A stretch of DNA of 64,000 bases from Rubripirellula sp. (GTDB lineage Bacteria > Planctomycetota > Planctomycetia > Pirellulales > Pirellulaceae): the NCBI GenBank assembly GCA_965216875.1, contig OZ244207.1, positions 4,608,001 to 4,672,000 on the forward strand, read 5' to 3'. The position numbers and the translations under genes are program-made. Below are positions 18,272 through 28,907 of the stretch, piece by piece (the stretch's first letter is position 1; each line of letters begins with the position of its first letter). Below the pieces are notes generated by a model. It was given only the letters and a program-made list of their open reading frames with translations. It did no database searches and was not told where the DNA came from.

Positions 18272-20578
18272 CTACGGACTCAACGCTCGCAACGCGGCTC
18301 CCGAATTCCAATAAATCGTTTCATTGACGCGATCAAAGTCGTACTTCGCGCGACGATTGCAACTGGGTCGCCCCTTGAAGTGCTCGCGAACCATCGATCG
18401 ATAGGTGGGCTGATCCGGCGTCGACTCGCGGTAGGCGTCTTTCTGTAGGCCGATCGAATCAAATGGGATCGTAGGCATCCAATCGGGCTTGGGTTGGCGT
18501 GGCCGAAAGTCGAGCCGATCCGGGTCGACGAACGCCGATTGAAACTCCGGTGCGGAAAGCTCGCGTGTGCCGCGAAATTCCCAGCCAATTTGCTTGGGCG
18601 CCTTGGGGCTCAAATAGGTCGGTCCTTCCGACATCTGATACGCGATCGTGTTTTGAACATCGAGTTCAATGGGATAGAAACGCAGATGATGGTTCGTTTC
18701 GTCTTGGTTCATCACCTTGGCGAACGTCGGAAAGGTCTCTTTCCAATACGGATCGTTCCAACCCTTTTCACCAACAACCTGTTCCGTTCTCCAAACGTAG
18801 TCGTGCTTATCGCCACGGGGCAGATCGCCGGAATCAAACTTCGTTTTCATCTCGATCAACTTGTTGATGTCGCCGATCACACGCACCCAAACGCCTTGGT
18901 GTCCCTTGATGAAGATATTGTCGTGGATGGTAAGCCCCGTCCCTCCGTTGACCGCGAGTGATCCGTAACCTGCCTTGTAGAAAATGTTCCCAATCACGCT
19001 TCGGCCACTGTCGTGGTCGTCAAGCATGATGCCACTGCGCGTCATCAGACCGTCGGTCGACATGATGTGGTGCAAGAAGTTGTGCTGGATCGTTGACCCA
19101 TATCCCCAAAACTGGGCGCCGGAATAGATCGTCGCGCCGTCGCCTTCCTCAAACCCAATATTGAACAATTCGTTGCGCTCGATCATGTGGTTGTTCCCCT
19201 TAAATGTCACCGCTTGGCCGGGCAAATTGTGCATCAAGTTGTTGGCAAACCGATTTCCGGCCCCCGTGATTCCCACGCTCGCCGTCGATCCGGTCAATTG
19301 GTCCATAAAGAAATGGCAATTGACGATTTCGTTTTCGCCGTCAGCAATGTTGTCGCGATGAGTCTTACCGCCACCGAGCAGCGCGAAACTGCGCACGTCG
19401 TAGACATCGCAACTTTGCATCCGATTGCGATTGCCGGAAACGTTAACGGCGCGAACGTCGCAGTTTCGAATCACGCAACCGGCCAACACATTGTCCTCGC
19501 CGCCCAGTGCAACCGCACAATCGGAAGCGACGCCTTCGATCGTAAACCCTTCGACTCGAACGTGCTTTGCATCAACAATATCGATCGCTTTGTTGGAGGC
19601 CGCCACCAGCAGGGACGCATTCGCATCGGCCAAATCCACAACAGGCCAAACGAACAATTCGTTGTTATCGGTGTCAAAGTACCATTCGCCTGGTTGGTCA
19701 AGCTCGCAAAGCAAGTTGCGAACCGACAGACGCGACTGAAAGCGATCCACCATCTCTTCGAGACCGTACCGACTTTGCGTCATGTACTGGATCTTTCCGT
19801 CAGCGGTTGTCGATGCGATTGGCATGGTTTCTCGGTACCACTGCGCGCTGATGTAACCGGTGGCATACACGCGTCGAGAGTGCTTGATTTCGTCAGTCCA
19901 TTGTTGCCAAGTTGCTGACGGTGACTCTCGCAGCGTAAACAAGGCACCGTTTGGACTGTCGTGCGTTCCCTTGACCGGATCGCTCTGCCAGCGAGTGCCC
20001 TCGTCAGCGACCAACAGATCGCGTGCATGCGCAAAGCCAATATTGGGAAACCGTGCCAACATCAAAACGCGACCATCCTGCATCAACATGGCGCGACTGC
20101 TTCGGCTTCGCAAAACCTTGAGCAATGCCGGATCGGATACGACCGTCGAATGGACACTTCCACGTGCGAGCTTGTTTAGCCTCCCTAGAGAAGCGTCCTT
20201 CGTCACGAGGCGAAACGAAGAAGCGCTCAGTTCGAGCGCCCCGTCAAGGATCGCCGCGTGTGGCTCGGCACTTCGAATGATCATTGGCGCGAGGGCCGTG
20301 CCGCTGTCGACGGCCGAGAGACGCAACGTTTTGCTGACTCGATAACGTCCTGGCTGGACAGTGATGGTGACCGGCACTTCCGACGAGCTCGCACGACGAA
20401 GCAGCCGCGCATGATCGCGAGCATCATGCAACGTCGAGAAGGGTCGTTGGCGAGAACCATCCGGTTCGCCTTCATAACGAGCTGCCGAATCAACAAACAG
20501 CTCGGCAGACTGCACCGGCGTGATGGCTCCAACGGAAACGAACAGGAGAACAAACAGCAACGGGAAACTTCGAAACAT
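18272..20578 (-). CDS. Secreted right-handed parallel beta-helix protein
   Basis: DGSRQRPFSTL, LARFPN, ELDQPGEWYFD, repeated N/I beta-helix coils, DGATIY; signal peptide. Confidence 0.8.
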   Translation of the reverse strand: MFRSFPLLFVLLFVSVGAITPVQSAELFVDSAARYEGEPDGSRQRPFSTLHDARDHARLLRRASSSEVPVTITVQPGRYRVSKTLRLSAVDSGTALAPMIIRSAEPHAAILDGALELSASSFRLVTKDASLGRLNKLARGSVHSTVVSDPALLKVLRSRSSRAMLMQDGRVLMLARFPNIGFAHARDLLVADEGTRWQSDPVKGTHDSPNGALFTLRESPSATWQQWTDEIKHSRRVYATGYISAQWYRETMPIASTTADGKIQYMTQSRYGLEEMVDRFQSRLSVRNLLCELDQPGEWYFDTDNNELFVWPVVDLADANASLLVAASNKAIDIVDAKHVRVEGFTIEGVASDCAVALGGEDNVLAGCVIRNCDVRAVNVSGNRNRMQSCDVYDVRSFALLGGGKTHRDNIADGENEIVNCHFFMDQLTGSTASVGITGAGNRFANNLMHNLPGQAVTFKGNNHMIERNELFNIGFEEGDGATIYSGAQFWGYGSTIQHNFLHHIMSTDGLMTRSGIMLDDHDSGRSVIGNIFYKAGYGSLAVNGGTGLTIHDNIFIKGHQGVWVRVIGDINKLIEMKTKFDSGDLPRGDKHDYVWRTEQVVGEKGWNDPYWKETFPTFAKVMNQDETNHHLRFYPIELDVQNTIAYQMSEGPTYLSPKAPKQIGWEFRGTRELSAPEFQSAFVDPDRLDFRPRQPKPDWMPTIPFDSIGLQKDAYRESTPDQPTYRSMVREHFKGRPSCNRRAKYDFDRVNETIYWNSGAALRALSP

Positions 20579-20884
20579 CGGTCAGGATCACAGGGGAACG
20601 GCATGCAACAACACTTGCGCGTTGGGGAAGCTCGCATGCCTCTTGAGGCAACATATACTGGGGGCAAAACGCTTTTGGGGGGACCAGACAACGCAGCGTT
20701 AACGTGAAGGGCGTCTGGCAGGTTCAAGGAAAACAGCGAAAGTGACCTTGCGCGTTTCCTGTCGGCAGAGGTGGTGGCCGCAGAAGGATGCCAATGTAGT
20801 CATCGACGCGAGTTTGCCTAGGTGCCCGTCTTGTCACACCGGCGCAACCGAGCCCGTCGCGACCGAAGGCGAGCGGTCAGCACG

Positions 20885-20946
20885 GTTCGTAGTCCCGCCT
20901 TCAGGTGGAACGAGAGAAGATTCCGCCTAAAGGCGGGACGACGAAC
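20885..20946. repeat. REP family C inverted pair (GTAGTMCCGCCTTYAGGCGG...CTACGAAC)
   Basis: Other copies at 36014-36077, 38757-38810 and 40727-40789. Confidence 0.88.
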
Positions 20947-20956
20947 GGCAAAGCGT

Positions 20957-23368
20957 TCACTTGGCTTCCATCCCGAGCGCCTCTCGCAGTAGACCGATGA
21001 CGAGCGATGTCGAATTGTTGGGAACTTGGAAGTGAGTGACTTGGTGTTGGTAGCGTTCAACGGGATTGAAACCCTCGTTCCAAAGCTTGACCAACTCCCG
21101 CTCGGTTTCCGAACCATAAACAGGAAAGCCAACCTCCAAGACTTCCAGTGTTCGCTTGGTCGCCAGGTCGATGTAGCGTTGGCCTCTCAACTGCTCAAAC
21201 GGTATCCAGTCAACTCGGTACGCAACAGGATCGAGCCCAAAGTTTTTTCCATAGATCGTCATGTCGTCCGCAATTCGGAACCAAGGCGTTCGGTCAAAGG
21301 AACGCCACTGTGTGATCAAGGAGGTACGAGTCGACTCAAGTCGCAATCGTTCGGATGGAATTTGCTCGTAAAGAGCAAGCAACTCGGGATTGGGACCACT
21401 TTGCGCCGCCAGCGCATAGAGCGCGTCAACCGCGTGCCTTTCACTCGGCTCAGCGATGCGTTGGGTTTCGAGTGGCGATTCGGTCCCATCGAGAACGCCC
21501 TCCCGAATCACGGTCGCCCATTTGAGGAACACGGCGATGGCAGCATGCTGCAATTCCAATTGTTCTTGTGGCGAAGCCGAGTCGAAAAGCTCTCTCCCTT
21601 CGACAGTTTTCGCGCCACCATGTAGCGCAGCGAGGTACTCGGCGGCATCATCAAACGCGACATAATCCCCCAAACTCTCTGCTGTCAGTTCTTGCTCCAG
21701 CATTTCAAGATGCTCGTCGACCGAGTCGATCTCCTCGAACAGGACAACACCCATTCGAGGCTGCAACCTCGTATTGGTTTGCGACCACGCAAGTCGAGGG
21801 TTTCCTTGGAACGCATCGATCGCAGGACCGGTCTTTGCCAACATTTCGGTGCGCCATGCGGTCAACTCGGGCGGTGTCGTTCGCAAACGATCGACCCCAA
21901 TCGCAAGGACCGGCATGAGCAGTGCGAGCAACGTGAACGCCACAACGCGGGTTGCGTACCCAGCATCAACACGCCCTTTAAGCCACCGGTCCGTGAGCCA
22001 CCAAGTCGCCAGCAACAGAACGGGAGCCATCAACATTGGCGCCCATTCGTATTCGATATAGAGGGACAAGACCATCAGCAGCGGAATGGAACTGATCAAA
22101 GCGAACGAAGGTGCTCCAAAGAACACGAGCACGGGGCGTTTCATCCATTGGCTGATGACTTGACCGAAAGCAAAACTGACAACAATCATGACTGGAAATA
22201 ACCAATCGATCTCGTCACCCCTGCGATCGGCCGCGACGACCGAAAGGCAGCCGGCCGAAACGACAATGAGTACGGCAATGCTGATCACCGGAATCAGTTG
22301 ACGCGTCCACCAGACACGCGTCGGAGAGACTCCGCGGTCAGAAAAGAAGATGCAGCGCTGTCGGACGTTATCGCTATAGAACGTCAGACCGCCAATCCAG
22401 CTCGCTGCGATCGCCACAATCAGCGGCGCAAAGGCACCCACGACTGCGAGAGCTTGATTCTGAGCATTTCCGTGCCGGTTAACCTGCAGATTCAGTGAAA
22501 AGAGATAGACCGATACCGACGCGACGACGACCAGTGCGACGCAGGGATAAAAGACCTGACGATGCGATTGCCAAAGCAGTGCCTTGGTGATCGACGGATG
22601 CCCCAACCCGATTCGGGCTGGCGGTCGGTACGGCCGAACCGTCGACGGCTCGCCAGACGCCTTGAACCTTTTCTTGCCATCAATGGAAGTGAGTCGGCGG
22701 CGGCCGAGCAATCGTTGAACGCCCCACAAAACGCTCAACGCTGCTAGGCCAGCCGCGACTAATTTGACGATCGTTGCGTGCCGATGGAGCTGCGAAATCC
22801 CGTTGTCATCGCGAGAAAGCCAGTCGCCCGTCTCGAGTGCAACCAGATTCAACACGATGATGATGGGGATCAACGTGATCAGTGCCGCAATGGGTGACCG
22901 AAACAAGTAGGCCGTCGAAAACCCGGTGATCAACAGCAAGACGCTGAAGAACATCAAGTGCAAGACGCCTGAAACTGCACTCAGTTCTCGCGTCATGCTC
23001 GTCGTGTTGCTAACCGACGGCAACATCATCGCATACATCAACGACGCTGCGAGCCAAGTGATCCCAACGCCGCCCAACGCGACCACAAACTTGGAATCAA
23101 CAATCTCCGACCAACGAACCGGAAGGGTCCGAAGCCAAGACAATGTGCCACTTTCCTCTTCGCCCCCAACGAGCAACGCCGGTGCACCAAGCGCGACCAA
23201 GTTGGGCATCAAAACCCAAATGCTGGTGAACGCCGTCGATGGGCTCGATGAATCAAAAAAGTGAAACACGAGTACGACCAGATTCATCACCAGCGTCCCC
23301 GCCACCGCTGCAATCACGAGCGAGCGGATCGAGGCTGCATCTTTCCAGAGCAATTGTTTTGTGAACAT
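20957..23368 (-). CDS. ABC-2-type permease-like membrane protein with duplicated TM module and C-terminal soluble domain
   Basis: Starts MFTKQLLWK, contains EEESGTLSWLRTLP and a second KALLW module, and follows the ABC ATPase. Confidence 0.75.
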   Translation of the reverse strand: MFTKQLLWKDAASIRSLVIAAVAGTLVMNLVVLVFHFFDSSSPSTAFTSIWVLMPNLVALGAPALLVGGEEESGTLSWLRTLPVRWSEIVDSKFVVALGGVGITWLAASLMYAMMLPSVSNTTSMTRELSAVSGVLHLMFFSVLLLITGFSTAYLFRSPIAALITLIPIIIVLNLVALETGDWLSRDDNGISQLHRHATIVKLVAAGLAALSVLWGVQRLLGRRRLTSIDGKKRFKASGEPSTVRPYRPPARIGLGHPSITKALLWQSHRQVFYPCVALVVVASVSVYLFSLNLQVNRHGNAQNQALAVVGAFAPLIVAIAASWIGGLTFYSDNVRQRCIFFSDRGVSPTRVWWTRQLIPVISIAVLIVVSAGCLSVVAADRRGDEIDWLFPVMIVVSFAFGQVISQWMKRPVLVFFGAPSFALISSIPLLMVLSLYIEYEWAPMLMAPVLLLATWWLTDRWLKGRVDAGYATRVVAFTLLALLMPVLAIGVDRLRTTPPELTAWRTEMLAKTGPAIDAFQGNPRLAWSQTNTRLQPRMGVVLFEEIDSVDEHLEMLEQELTAESLGDYVAFDDAAEYLAALHGGAKTVEGRELFDSASPQEQLELQHAAIAVFLKWATVIREGVLDGTESPLETQRIAEPSERHAVDALYALAAQSGPNPELLALYEQIPSERLRLESTRTSLITQWRSFDRTPWFRIADDMTIYGKNFGLDPVAYRVDWIPFEQLRGQRYIDLATKRTLEVLEVGFPVYGSETERELVKLWNEGFNPVERYQHQVTHFQVPNNSTSLVIGLLREALGMEAK

Positions 23369-23381
23369 GCTTTGATTCCCC

Positions 23382-24371
23382 TCAATGCGCTGTCGATTCA
23401 GCTGGCTGAGACACATCGTCACGATGCGGCTTTGAAAACCCGTTTCCACCGCGACCGGCAAGCTGTTCTTCGGGCCGGTAAGCGCGTGAATCGCACACCG
23501 CGACAAAGACCTCTTCAAGCGTCGCACGTTCGCAATGCAAGTTCGTCACGCCAGACGACGCGTCATATTCAGTCGCCCAATCCTCGGGCAAGTCTTGAAC
23601 AACCCAACGCAATTGCCGCGCGTTTCGCGACTCGGTAAGAACGTTGGCTCTCGGCAAAGCGATCGTGGCGGCTGGGTCGTCAAGCGTTGCCGTAATGATC
23701 GATGTCTTTTCCCGCAATTCCTCGAGCGGCTGAACGATCTTCAAACGGCCTTGGTGAAGGATTGCAACCCAATCGGCGACCCGTTCCACTTCCGAGATTT
23801 GGTGGCTGCTTAACAAGACCGTGCGTCCCAACGCGGCCCGATCAACCATCGATTCGAGGAATTGCCGGCGGACCATCGGGTCAAGTCCGCTGGTCGGCTC
23901 ATCAAGAATCAATAGCTTGGGATCGTGTGCCGTTGCCAGCGCGAGTGCGACCTTGGCACGCTGCCCCTTACTCAGGTTCTTAATGCGAATCCCGGTCGGG
24001 ATGTCGAACTCAGCCATTAATTCCAAATAGCGATGTGGGAACTTGGAATCGTAAAAGGCCGATGTAAACCAACCGATCTCTTCGGCCGTCATCCAGTCGT
24101 AAAGCGCTGGCGCATCCGACACATAGCCGATCCGTTTTCGTATCTCCATGCCCGCTTTCGCACAAGAATGCTCCAGCACGGATGCCTGCCCAACATCGGG
24201 TTTGGTGAACCCGGTCAGAATTCGAATCATCGTTGTCTTACCGGCGCCGTTCTCGCCAAGCAACGCAAAAACGACGCCCGCGGGGATTTCCAGATTGACT
24301 CGGTTCAATGCGGTAACGTGCCCAAACGATTTCGTAACGTTTTCTAAAGTGATGACGGGAGAGTTGTCCAT
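23382..24371 (-). CDS. ABC transporter ATP-binding protein (YtrB-like)
   Basis: GENGAGKT, LSKGQ, LILDEPTSGLD, SSH. Confidence 0.95.
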   Translation of the reverse strand: MDNSPVITLENVTKSFGHVTALNRVNLEIPAGVVFALLGENGAGKTTMIRILTGFTKPDVGQASVLEHSCAKAGMEIRKRIGYVSDAPALYDWMTAEEIGWFTSAFYDSKFPHRYLELMAEFDIPTGIRIKNLSKGQRAKVALALATAHDPKLLILDEPTSGLDPMVRRQFLESMVDRAALGRTVLLSSHQISEVERVADWVAILHQGRLKIVQPLEELREKTSIITATLDDPAATIALPRANVLTESRNARQLRWVVQDLPEDWATEYDASSGVTNLHCERATLEEVFVAVCDSRAYRPEEQLAGRGGNGFSKPHRDDVSQPAESTAH

Positions 24372-24430
24372 GAGTGATGCCTGCTAAGAAAAGTTTTGTG
24401 CGGTAGGTCGATGAAACTTCAACATGCTCA

Positions 24431-24871
24431 TCACGTCTGCTCACTCGCAGCCGATTCGTTTGAATGGGGTGACGCCGCTGCGGTGGTTGCGTCAGCCGCC
24501 AAAGAAGAGAGCTCGGACTCAAAGAGCTCGCGAAGATCTGCCGGCGACATCCCGCCAGCCAAGGCATCGGCAAGTGCGCGACGCACTCCCTCCGCCACCA
24601 AACTATTGCGTGCTTTGGTGCAACGGTTGACCGAGTCGCGGCGAACGACCATGCCGCGGCCACGCAACGGTTCGAGGACTCGGTCGGCCTGAAGCTGTTG
24701 GTACGCCCGGGCGATTGTGTTGGGGTTGATGGCGAGGTCGCCGGCAAGCTGCCGAACACTCGGCACCATCTGGCCACCAACCAACACCCCATCGGCGACA
24801 GCCAGCTTGATCTGACGCACGATCTGTTCGTAAATCGGAACGTCACCACTCGGATCGATGGAAAAAAACAT
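24431..24871 (-). CDS. GntR-family regulator, YtrA subfamily
   Basis: PIYEQI, PSVRQLA, INPNTIARAY, RGRG. Short protein directly upstream of the ABC genes. Confidence 0.92.
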   Translation of the reverse strand: MFFSIDPSGDVPIYEQIVRQIKLAVADGVLVGGQMVPSVRQLAGDLAINPNTIARAYQQLQADRVLEPLRGRGMVVRRDSVNRCTKARNSLVAEGVRRALADALAGGMSPADLRELFESELSSLAADATTAAASPHSNESAASEQT

Positions 24872-24950
24872 CTCTCGAGCCTTTGGAGGAATCGAACCAA
24901 ATGCCGGCGCCGCTGCCTGGAAAACCTCAGCAATAAACGCCGTCACTCAC

Positions 24951-24972
24951 GTGTACTATCGAAATGGTACAC
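24951..24972. promoter_or_regulatory. YtrA-type operator GTGTACTATCGAAATGGTACAC
   Basis: Dyad GTGTAC-N10-GTACAC 80 bp upstream of the GntR start. Confidence 0.75.
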
Positions 24973-25092
24973 CAGCACAGAGAAACAGTCAACCGACAAT
25001 CGAGCCGCAAAAAATCGTGTGCTCGCATATACCCTCAACCGTGTCGATTAAGGGCGTGGTTGCGTCAGGGTCCTCTACCGGCGAAGTTGACT

Positions 25093-25197
25093 TGAGCCGT
25101 GATCGCGTAAGCGGCCGGGCCTACCACACGTACACAGTGTGCATGCCGGATCTGTGTCGCTGTCGCTCCTTGATCCGGCCTACGGCCAACCGACTGA
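25093..25197 (-). repeat. Repeat family A (diverged copy)
   Basis: TGAGCCGTGATCGCGTAAGCGGCCGGGC...GGCCTACGGCCAACCGACT. Confidence 0.7.
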
Positions 25198-25203
25198 GAT
25201 GAG

Positions 25204-25923
25204 ATGAACTTCCTTTCGCATTCCATTCCCTACTTCGACCAACCGCTGCTTGCGATTTCGACTGGCATCCCCGATTGGATGAGCGTGGTGGACCGCAAGA
25301 TTCGCGTGCGATCCAAGATGGCCGCCGAGCACGTAGGTTCGTCCGATCCGTCATTGGCCCAGGTCGCTGCGGGCGTGGTTCGCCACGTCGAAGATGACCG
25401 CTGGTTTCACGGCACGCGCGCGTTTGTCGAAACGAACATGCAACTCGCCGTCGAGATGCGAGACCGCTTGCCGGGCGATGCAGGATTTCGGCCAACCTTC
25501 ATCGGGCACATCCTGATCGAGATGATGCTCGATTCGTTTTTCCTTCGTGATCAGCCGGAACTGGGCGAGCGTTACTACGGTTCCTTTCAAGACGGGGTCG
25601 CAGAAGAAATCGAACGCTGCGTCAACCAAATCACCGGCAAGCCTACCGACAAACTCGCCGAGGTGATCCATCGCTACGTCGAGCACAAGTTCCTTTACGA
25701 CTATGCTGACTTCGATCGTCTGCATTGGCGTCTGAATCGAATCTGCGTGCGTGTGAAGTTGCCGGAGCTTCCCGAAGAAATCCGAGGGTGGCTGCCACAG
25801 GCGGCCAACTTGGTAGAATCACGTCGCGTCGAACTCATGACGCCTCCTGACCCCTCATTTCCGCACGCGAAACTGCTTCCGCCTGAGAACGAGTTTCCGG
25901 ACGCGAAACAGCCCTCCAACTAG
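25204..25923 (+). CDS. ACP phosphodiesterase (AcpH)-like hypothetical protein
   Basis: N-terminal MNFLSH, GVVRHVEDDRWFH, HILIEMMLD. Confidence 0.55.
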   Translation: MNFLSHSIPYFDQPLLAISTGIPDWMSVVDRKIRVRSKMAAEHVGSSDPSLAQVAAGVVRHVEDDRWFHGTRAFVETNMQLAVEMRDRLPGDAGFRPTFIGHILIEMMLDSFFLRDQPELGERYYGSFQDGVAEEIERCVNQITGKPTDKLAEVIHRYVEHKFLYDYADFDRLHWRLNRICVRVKLPELPEEIRGWLPQAANLVESRRVELMTPPDPSFPHAKLLPPENEFPDAKQPSN

Positions 25924-25947
25924 CCCAATACGAGACGACTGATCGCC

Positions 25948-26793
25948 ATGAAATATGGAATGAACCTGCTGCTGTGGTCCGGCGAAGTGACCGACGAAAT
26001 GCTGCCCGTTTGCGAGCAGCTCAAGAACGCTGGTTACGACGGCGTCGAGCTTCCAATGTTCAATTTGGATCTTGACTACGCGGCCCTTGGCAAGCAATTG
26101 GATGATCTCGGGCTGGCACGTACCGCCGTGACGATTCGCGGTGAAGAGGACAACCCGATTTCGCCCGATGCCGCCGTGCGTGCCAAGGGTGTCGAGCTGA
26201 CCAAAAAGACACTCGATTGCTGTGCCGCTGCGGGCGTCGAAAACTTGGTCGGCCCCTATCACAGTGCCCTTGGTTTGTTCAGCGGAGCCGGCCCTACCGA
26301 AGATGAATGGAAGTGGGGCGTCGAGAGCATGCGTGCCGTTGCCGAACACGCTGGCAGTGTTGGCGTCAAACTTGGCGTCGAAGCGCTCAATCGCTTCGAG
26401 TGTTACTTCCTCAACACTCACGCCGACTCGGCACGATTCGCACGCGACGTCGACCACCCAGCCTGCGGGATGATGTACGACACGTTCCACGCCAACATCG
26501 AAGAAAAAAGCGTCACCGAAGCGGTGAAAGCTGGCGGCGACAAGCTGTTCCACATTCACATCAGCGAAAACGATCGCAGCACGCCAGGCGAAGGTGCCGT
26601 TCGCTGGGACGAGAACTTTGACGCGATCACCAGTTGCGGCTATGACGGCTGGCTCGTGATCGAAGCGTTCGGCTTGGCACTGCCCGAAATTGCGGCGGCT
26701 ACCAAAATCTGGCGGCGCATGTACAAAGATGAAATCACGCTTGCCACCGAAGGCTTGAAGTTCATGAAGGACGCGATTGAAAAGCGTTCGTAA
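25948..26793 (+). CDS. Sugar isomerase/epimerase (D-tagatose/D-psicose 3-epimerase family)
   Basis: GYDGVE, EALNRFE, DTFHANIEE, HIHISENDR, GYDGWLVIEAF. Confidence 0.9.
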   Translation: MKYGMNLLLWSGEVTDEMLPVCEQLKNAGYDGVELPMFNLDLDYAALGKQLDDLGLARTAVTIRGEEDNPISPDAAVRAKGVELTKKTLDCCAAAGVENLVGPYHSALGLFSGAGPTEDEWKWGVESMRAVAEHAGSVGVKLGVEALNRFECYFLNTHADSARFARDVDHPACGMMYDTFHANIEEKSVTEAVKAGGDKLFHIHISENDRSTPGEGAVRWDENFDAITSCGYDGWLVIEAFGLALPEIAAATKIWRRMYKDEITLATEGLKFMKDAIEKRS

Positions 26794-26835
26794 CTTATTA
26801 GTCGCCGTCACGAAGGTTGACGGTCATGTCCAAAG

Positions 26836-27198
26836 ATGAATGAATCGTCGCAACAGTCATCGCCAGAAGGAATGGTCTTGTTCCTCTCTGGCGATTTGAT
26901 TTTCGCTTCACGGGTAAAGGGAGCCGCCCAGCATGCCGGCTTCGATTTTGCACTTCGCGGCTCGATGCCCGACAGTGACACCGAATCGATCCGTTATGTG
27001 ATCCTGGACCTTGCCACGCTAAGCAGCCAAACCGAATCGTTGATGGCGGTCTGCGCCGAACGCTGCCCCGAGGCCGAAGTGATCGCGTTTGGACCGCATG
27101 TCCAAGTCGTCAAACTCGCTGCTGCAAGGGACGCCGGGATTCCCACCGTGCTGACCCGCAGCCAATTCGACACCAAGCTGTCGACGCTGTTTGTTTGA
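26836..27198 (+). CDS. Small receiver-fold-like hypothetical protein
   Basis: DLIFASRV, VILDL, AFGPHV, AARDAG; co-oriented with the upstream genes. Confidence 0.65.
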   Translation: MNESSQQSSPEGMVLFLSGDLIFASRVKGAAQHAGFDFALRGSMPDSDTESIRYVILDLATLSSQTESLMAVCAERCPEAEVIAFGPHVQVVKLAAARDAGIPTVLTRSQFDTKLSTLFV

Positions 27199-27203
27199 CA
27201 ACC

Positions 27204-27440
27204 GTAGGTCATGCTCCGCATGACAATCTGCCGGTTCTTCAAAACACCACCGAGCCGAGAAGACGAGTACGAGTACCGCTCGGCTGAGTACGAGCACGAA
27301 CCAATTGGCTCGATCAACGCCGCGCGTTTTCTCGCTCCGTGGTCTCTGTGCCCTCGGTGGCTCCCCAAAAGACTTAGAAAGCCCGGCCGCTGACGCGATC
27401 GCGACTCACCATGAGCGGAAGACGCTCGCCGCCGGCGCCC
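27204..27440. repeat. Mosaic repeat cluster (D, GAGYAC hexamer tract, CTCYGTG 9-mers, half A, family I)
   Basis: The units recur in other spacers (1836-1958, 30237-30560, 40533-41038, 45762-45924). Confidence 0.75.
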
Positions 27441-27463
27441 CATCCTGAACGGCGAACCTCAAA

Positions 27464-28678
27464 TCACGGATCGCGTCGGAGATCACCGTCGTAGCTCGTG
27501 AGTTTTGACGCAAAGTAACTGCGCCATGCTTTTTCGTTGTAACTAAAGTTCTGGTCCGGTTCGATCATGGTCAACAGCGACAGGACGGCGGGGTTTTGCT
27601 TTTTGATCGGGATCACGATCTTCTTGGATCCTTGCGAAAACGAACCGCCGCCATCTTGGCTAAACCCAGCCTGTGTCCCGCCGCCACCCTGAACGATCTC
27701 CTTATTGTGCGTGGTCACCAGCGCCTCAGTGTAGGTCATCGCAAGCTCGGGATCCGGGAACCATGAAAGGGCCCGCGCGGCGCGATTGATCAACGCGTTG
27801 TCTTTGCTCTTGAGCATCGGCAAGTAGGTCGCGACCGCTGAAGTTGCACCAAAGACCTGAAGCTCTTTCAGCGCCGCTTCACGGACCGTCGAATCGGGTT
27901 CGTCGATCCCGGCTTTGACCAAGGCACGAACGGATCGCGAAGTCTTGAATCGACCGAGAAGCTTGACCCACAACAAACGCAAGCTTCGACTTTGCGTCTT
28001 GCTGCCGCGGGATCGATCGAGTTGCTGGGCGATGGCATCGGAAGCCAGCGGGTCCTCGATCGCATTCAACACTGCCAACGCGTCCGCGCTCTTGCTTGAC
28101 CCTCTGATGATGACAGCGGTCTGCCGTCCCACTTCTTTGACCCAACGCTTTGCAGCGACCTGCGCTTCATCCTCGGCCTTCATGCGCACGACCGCTTCAG
28201 GTAGCTGCCATTGGCGGCGGTAATAAACCATCCCTCGCTTCTTCATGAGGTCGGCCTTTTGAATCCACTGGCCCTTTTGGTTCTTGATGTATTCAAGGTT
28301 GGCTCGAGCATCCGCGTGGTCAGGATCAAGCTCGATGGCGCGCAACATGTGGTACCGCTTGTATTGCGCCGCCTCGCCAGGAAACCCCTCCACCTTCATA
28401 CACCAGACACCAAGCTGGTAGTGCCGCTGAGGGTCATCACCCACTTGCTCGAGTGCATCGAGATAGGGTTTCAAACGTGACGACTCCACCGAGCGTAGCA
28501 CTCGCTTCTCGGGCACAAAAACGCGCAGATCATCATCGAGCTGAACGGCCACCGTTCGACTCTCGGCATCGCGCGTAACCTCTCCACTCAAGTGCCCACC
28601 ACCGGAAAGTTCGACGGTATCAGCGGCTGCCAGCCGTGTGGCGGCCAAGACCAAGCAGGTGAGGACGAGTCGATTCAT
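27464..28678 (-). CDS. Secreted HEAT-repeat-containing protein
   Basis: Signal peptide ending AAA, IELDPDHADAR, DEPDSTVREAALKEL, INRAARAL. Confidence 0.75.
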   Translation of the reverse strand: MNRLVLTCLVLAATRLAAADTVELSGGGHLSGEVTRDAESRTVAVQLDDDLRVFVPEKRVLRSVESSRLKPYLDALEQVGDDPQRHYQLGVWCMKVEGFPGEAAQYKRYHMLRAIELDPDHADARANLEYIKNQKGQWIQKADLMKKRGMVYYRRQWQLPEAVVRMKAEDEAQVAAKRWVKEVGRQTAVIIRGSSKSADALAVLNAIEDPLASDAIAQQLDRSRGSKTQSRSLRLLWVKLLGRFKTSRSVRALVKAGIDEPDSTVREAALKELQVFGATSAVATYLPMLKSKDNALINRAARALSWFPDPELAMTYTEALVTTHNKEIVQGGGGTQAGFSQDGGGSFSQGSKKIVIPIKKQNPAVLSLLTMIEPDQNFSYNEKAWRSYFASKLTSYDGDLRRDP

Positions 28679-28907
28679 GACAAGTTGGTCCGAGAAAAAT
28701 AGGACTTTTTTGACGAGCTCCCTTTCCAATTTACCTGCCCCTGCCACATCTGGGACGGCCAAAATCGCCCCACAGACCGACATTCAGCCCTGCAATGCTC
28801 AAAATCGGTGGCGCCCACCCAACCCAACGGCCGATGAACATACTTGACTAAACCGATCCACTTTCTAGCATTTGTTCAAATCAGCCGCTTTTTGCTGGGA
28901 AATTGCG

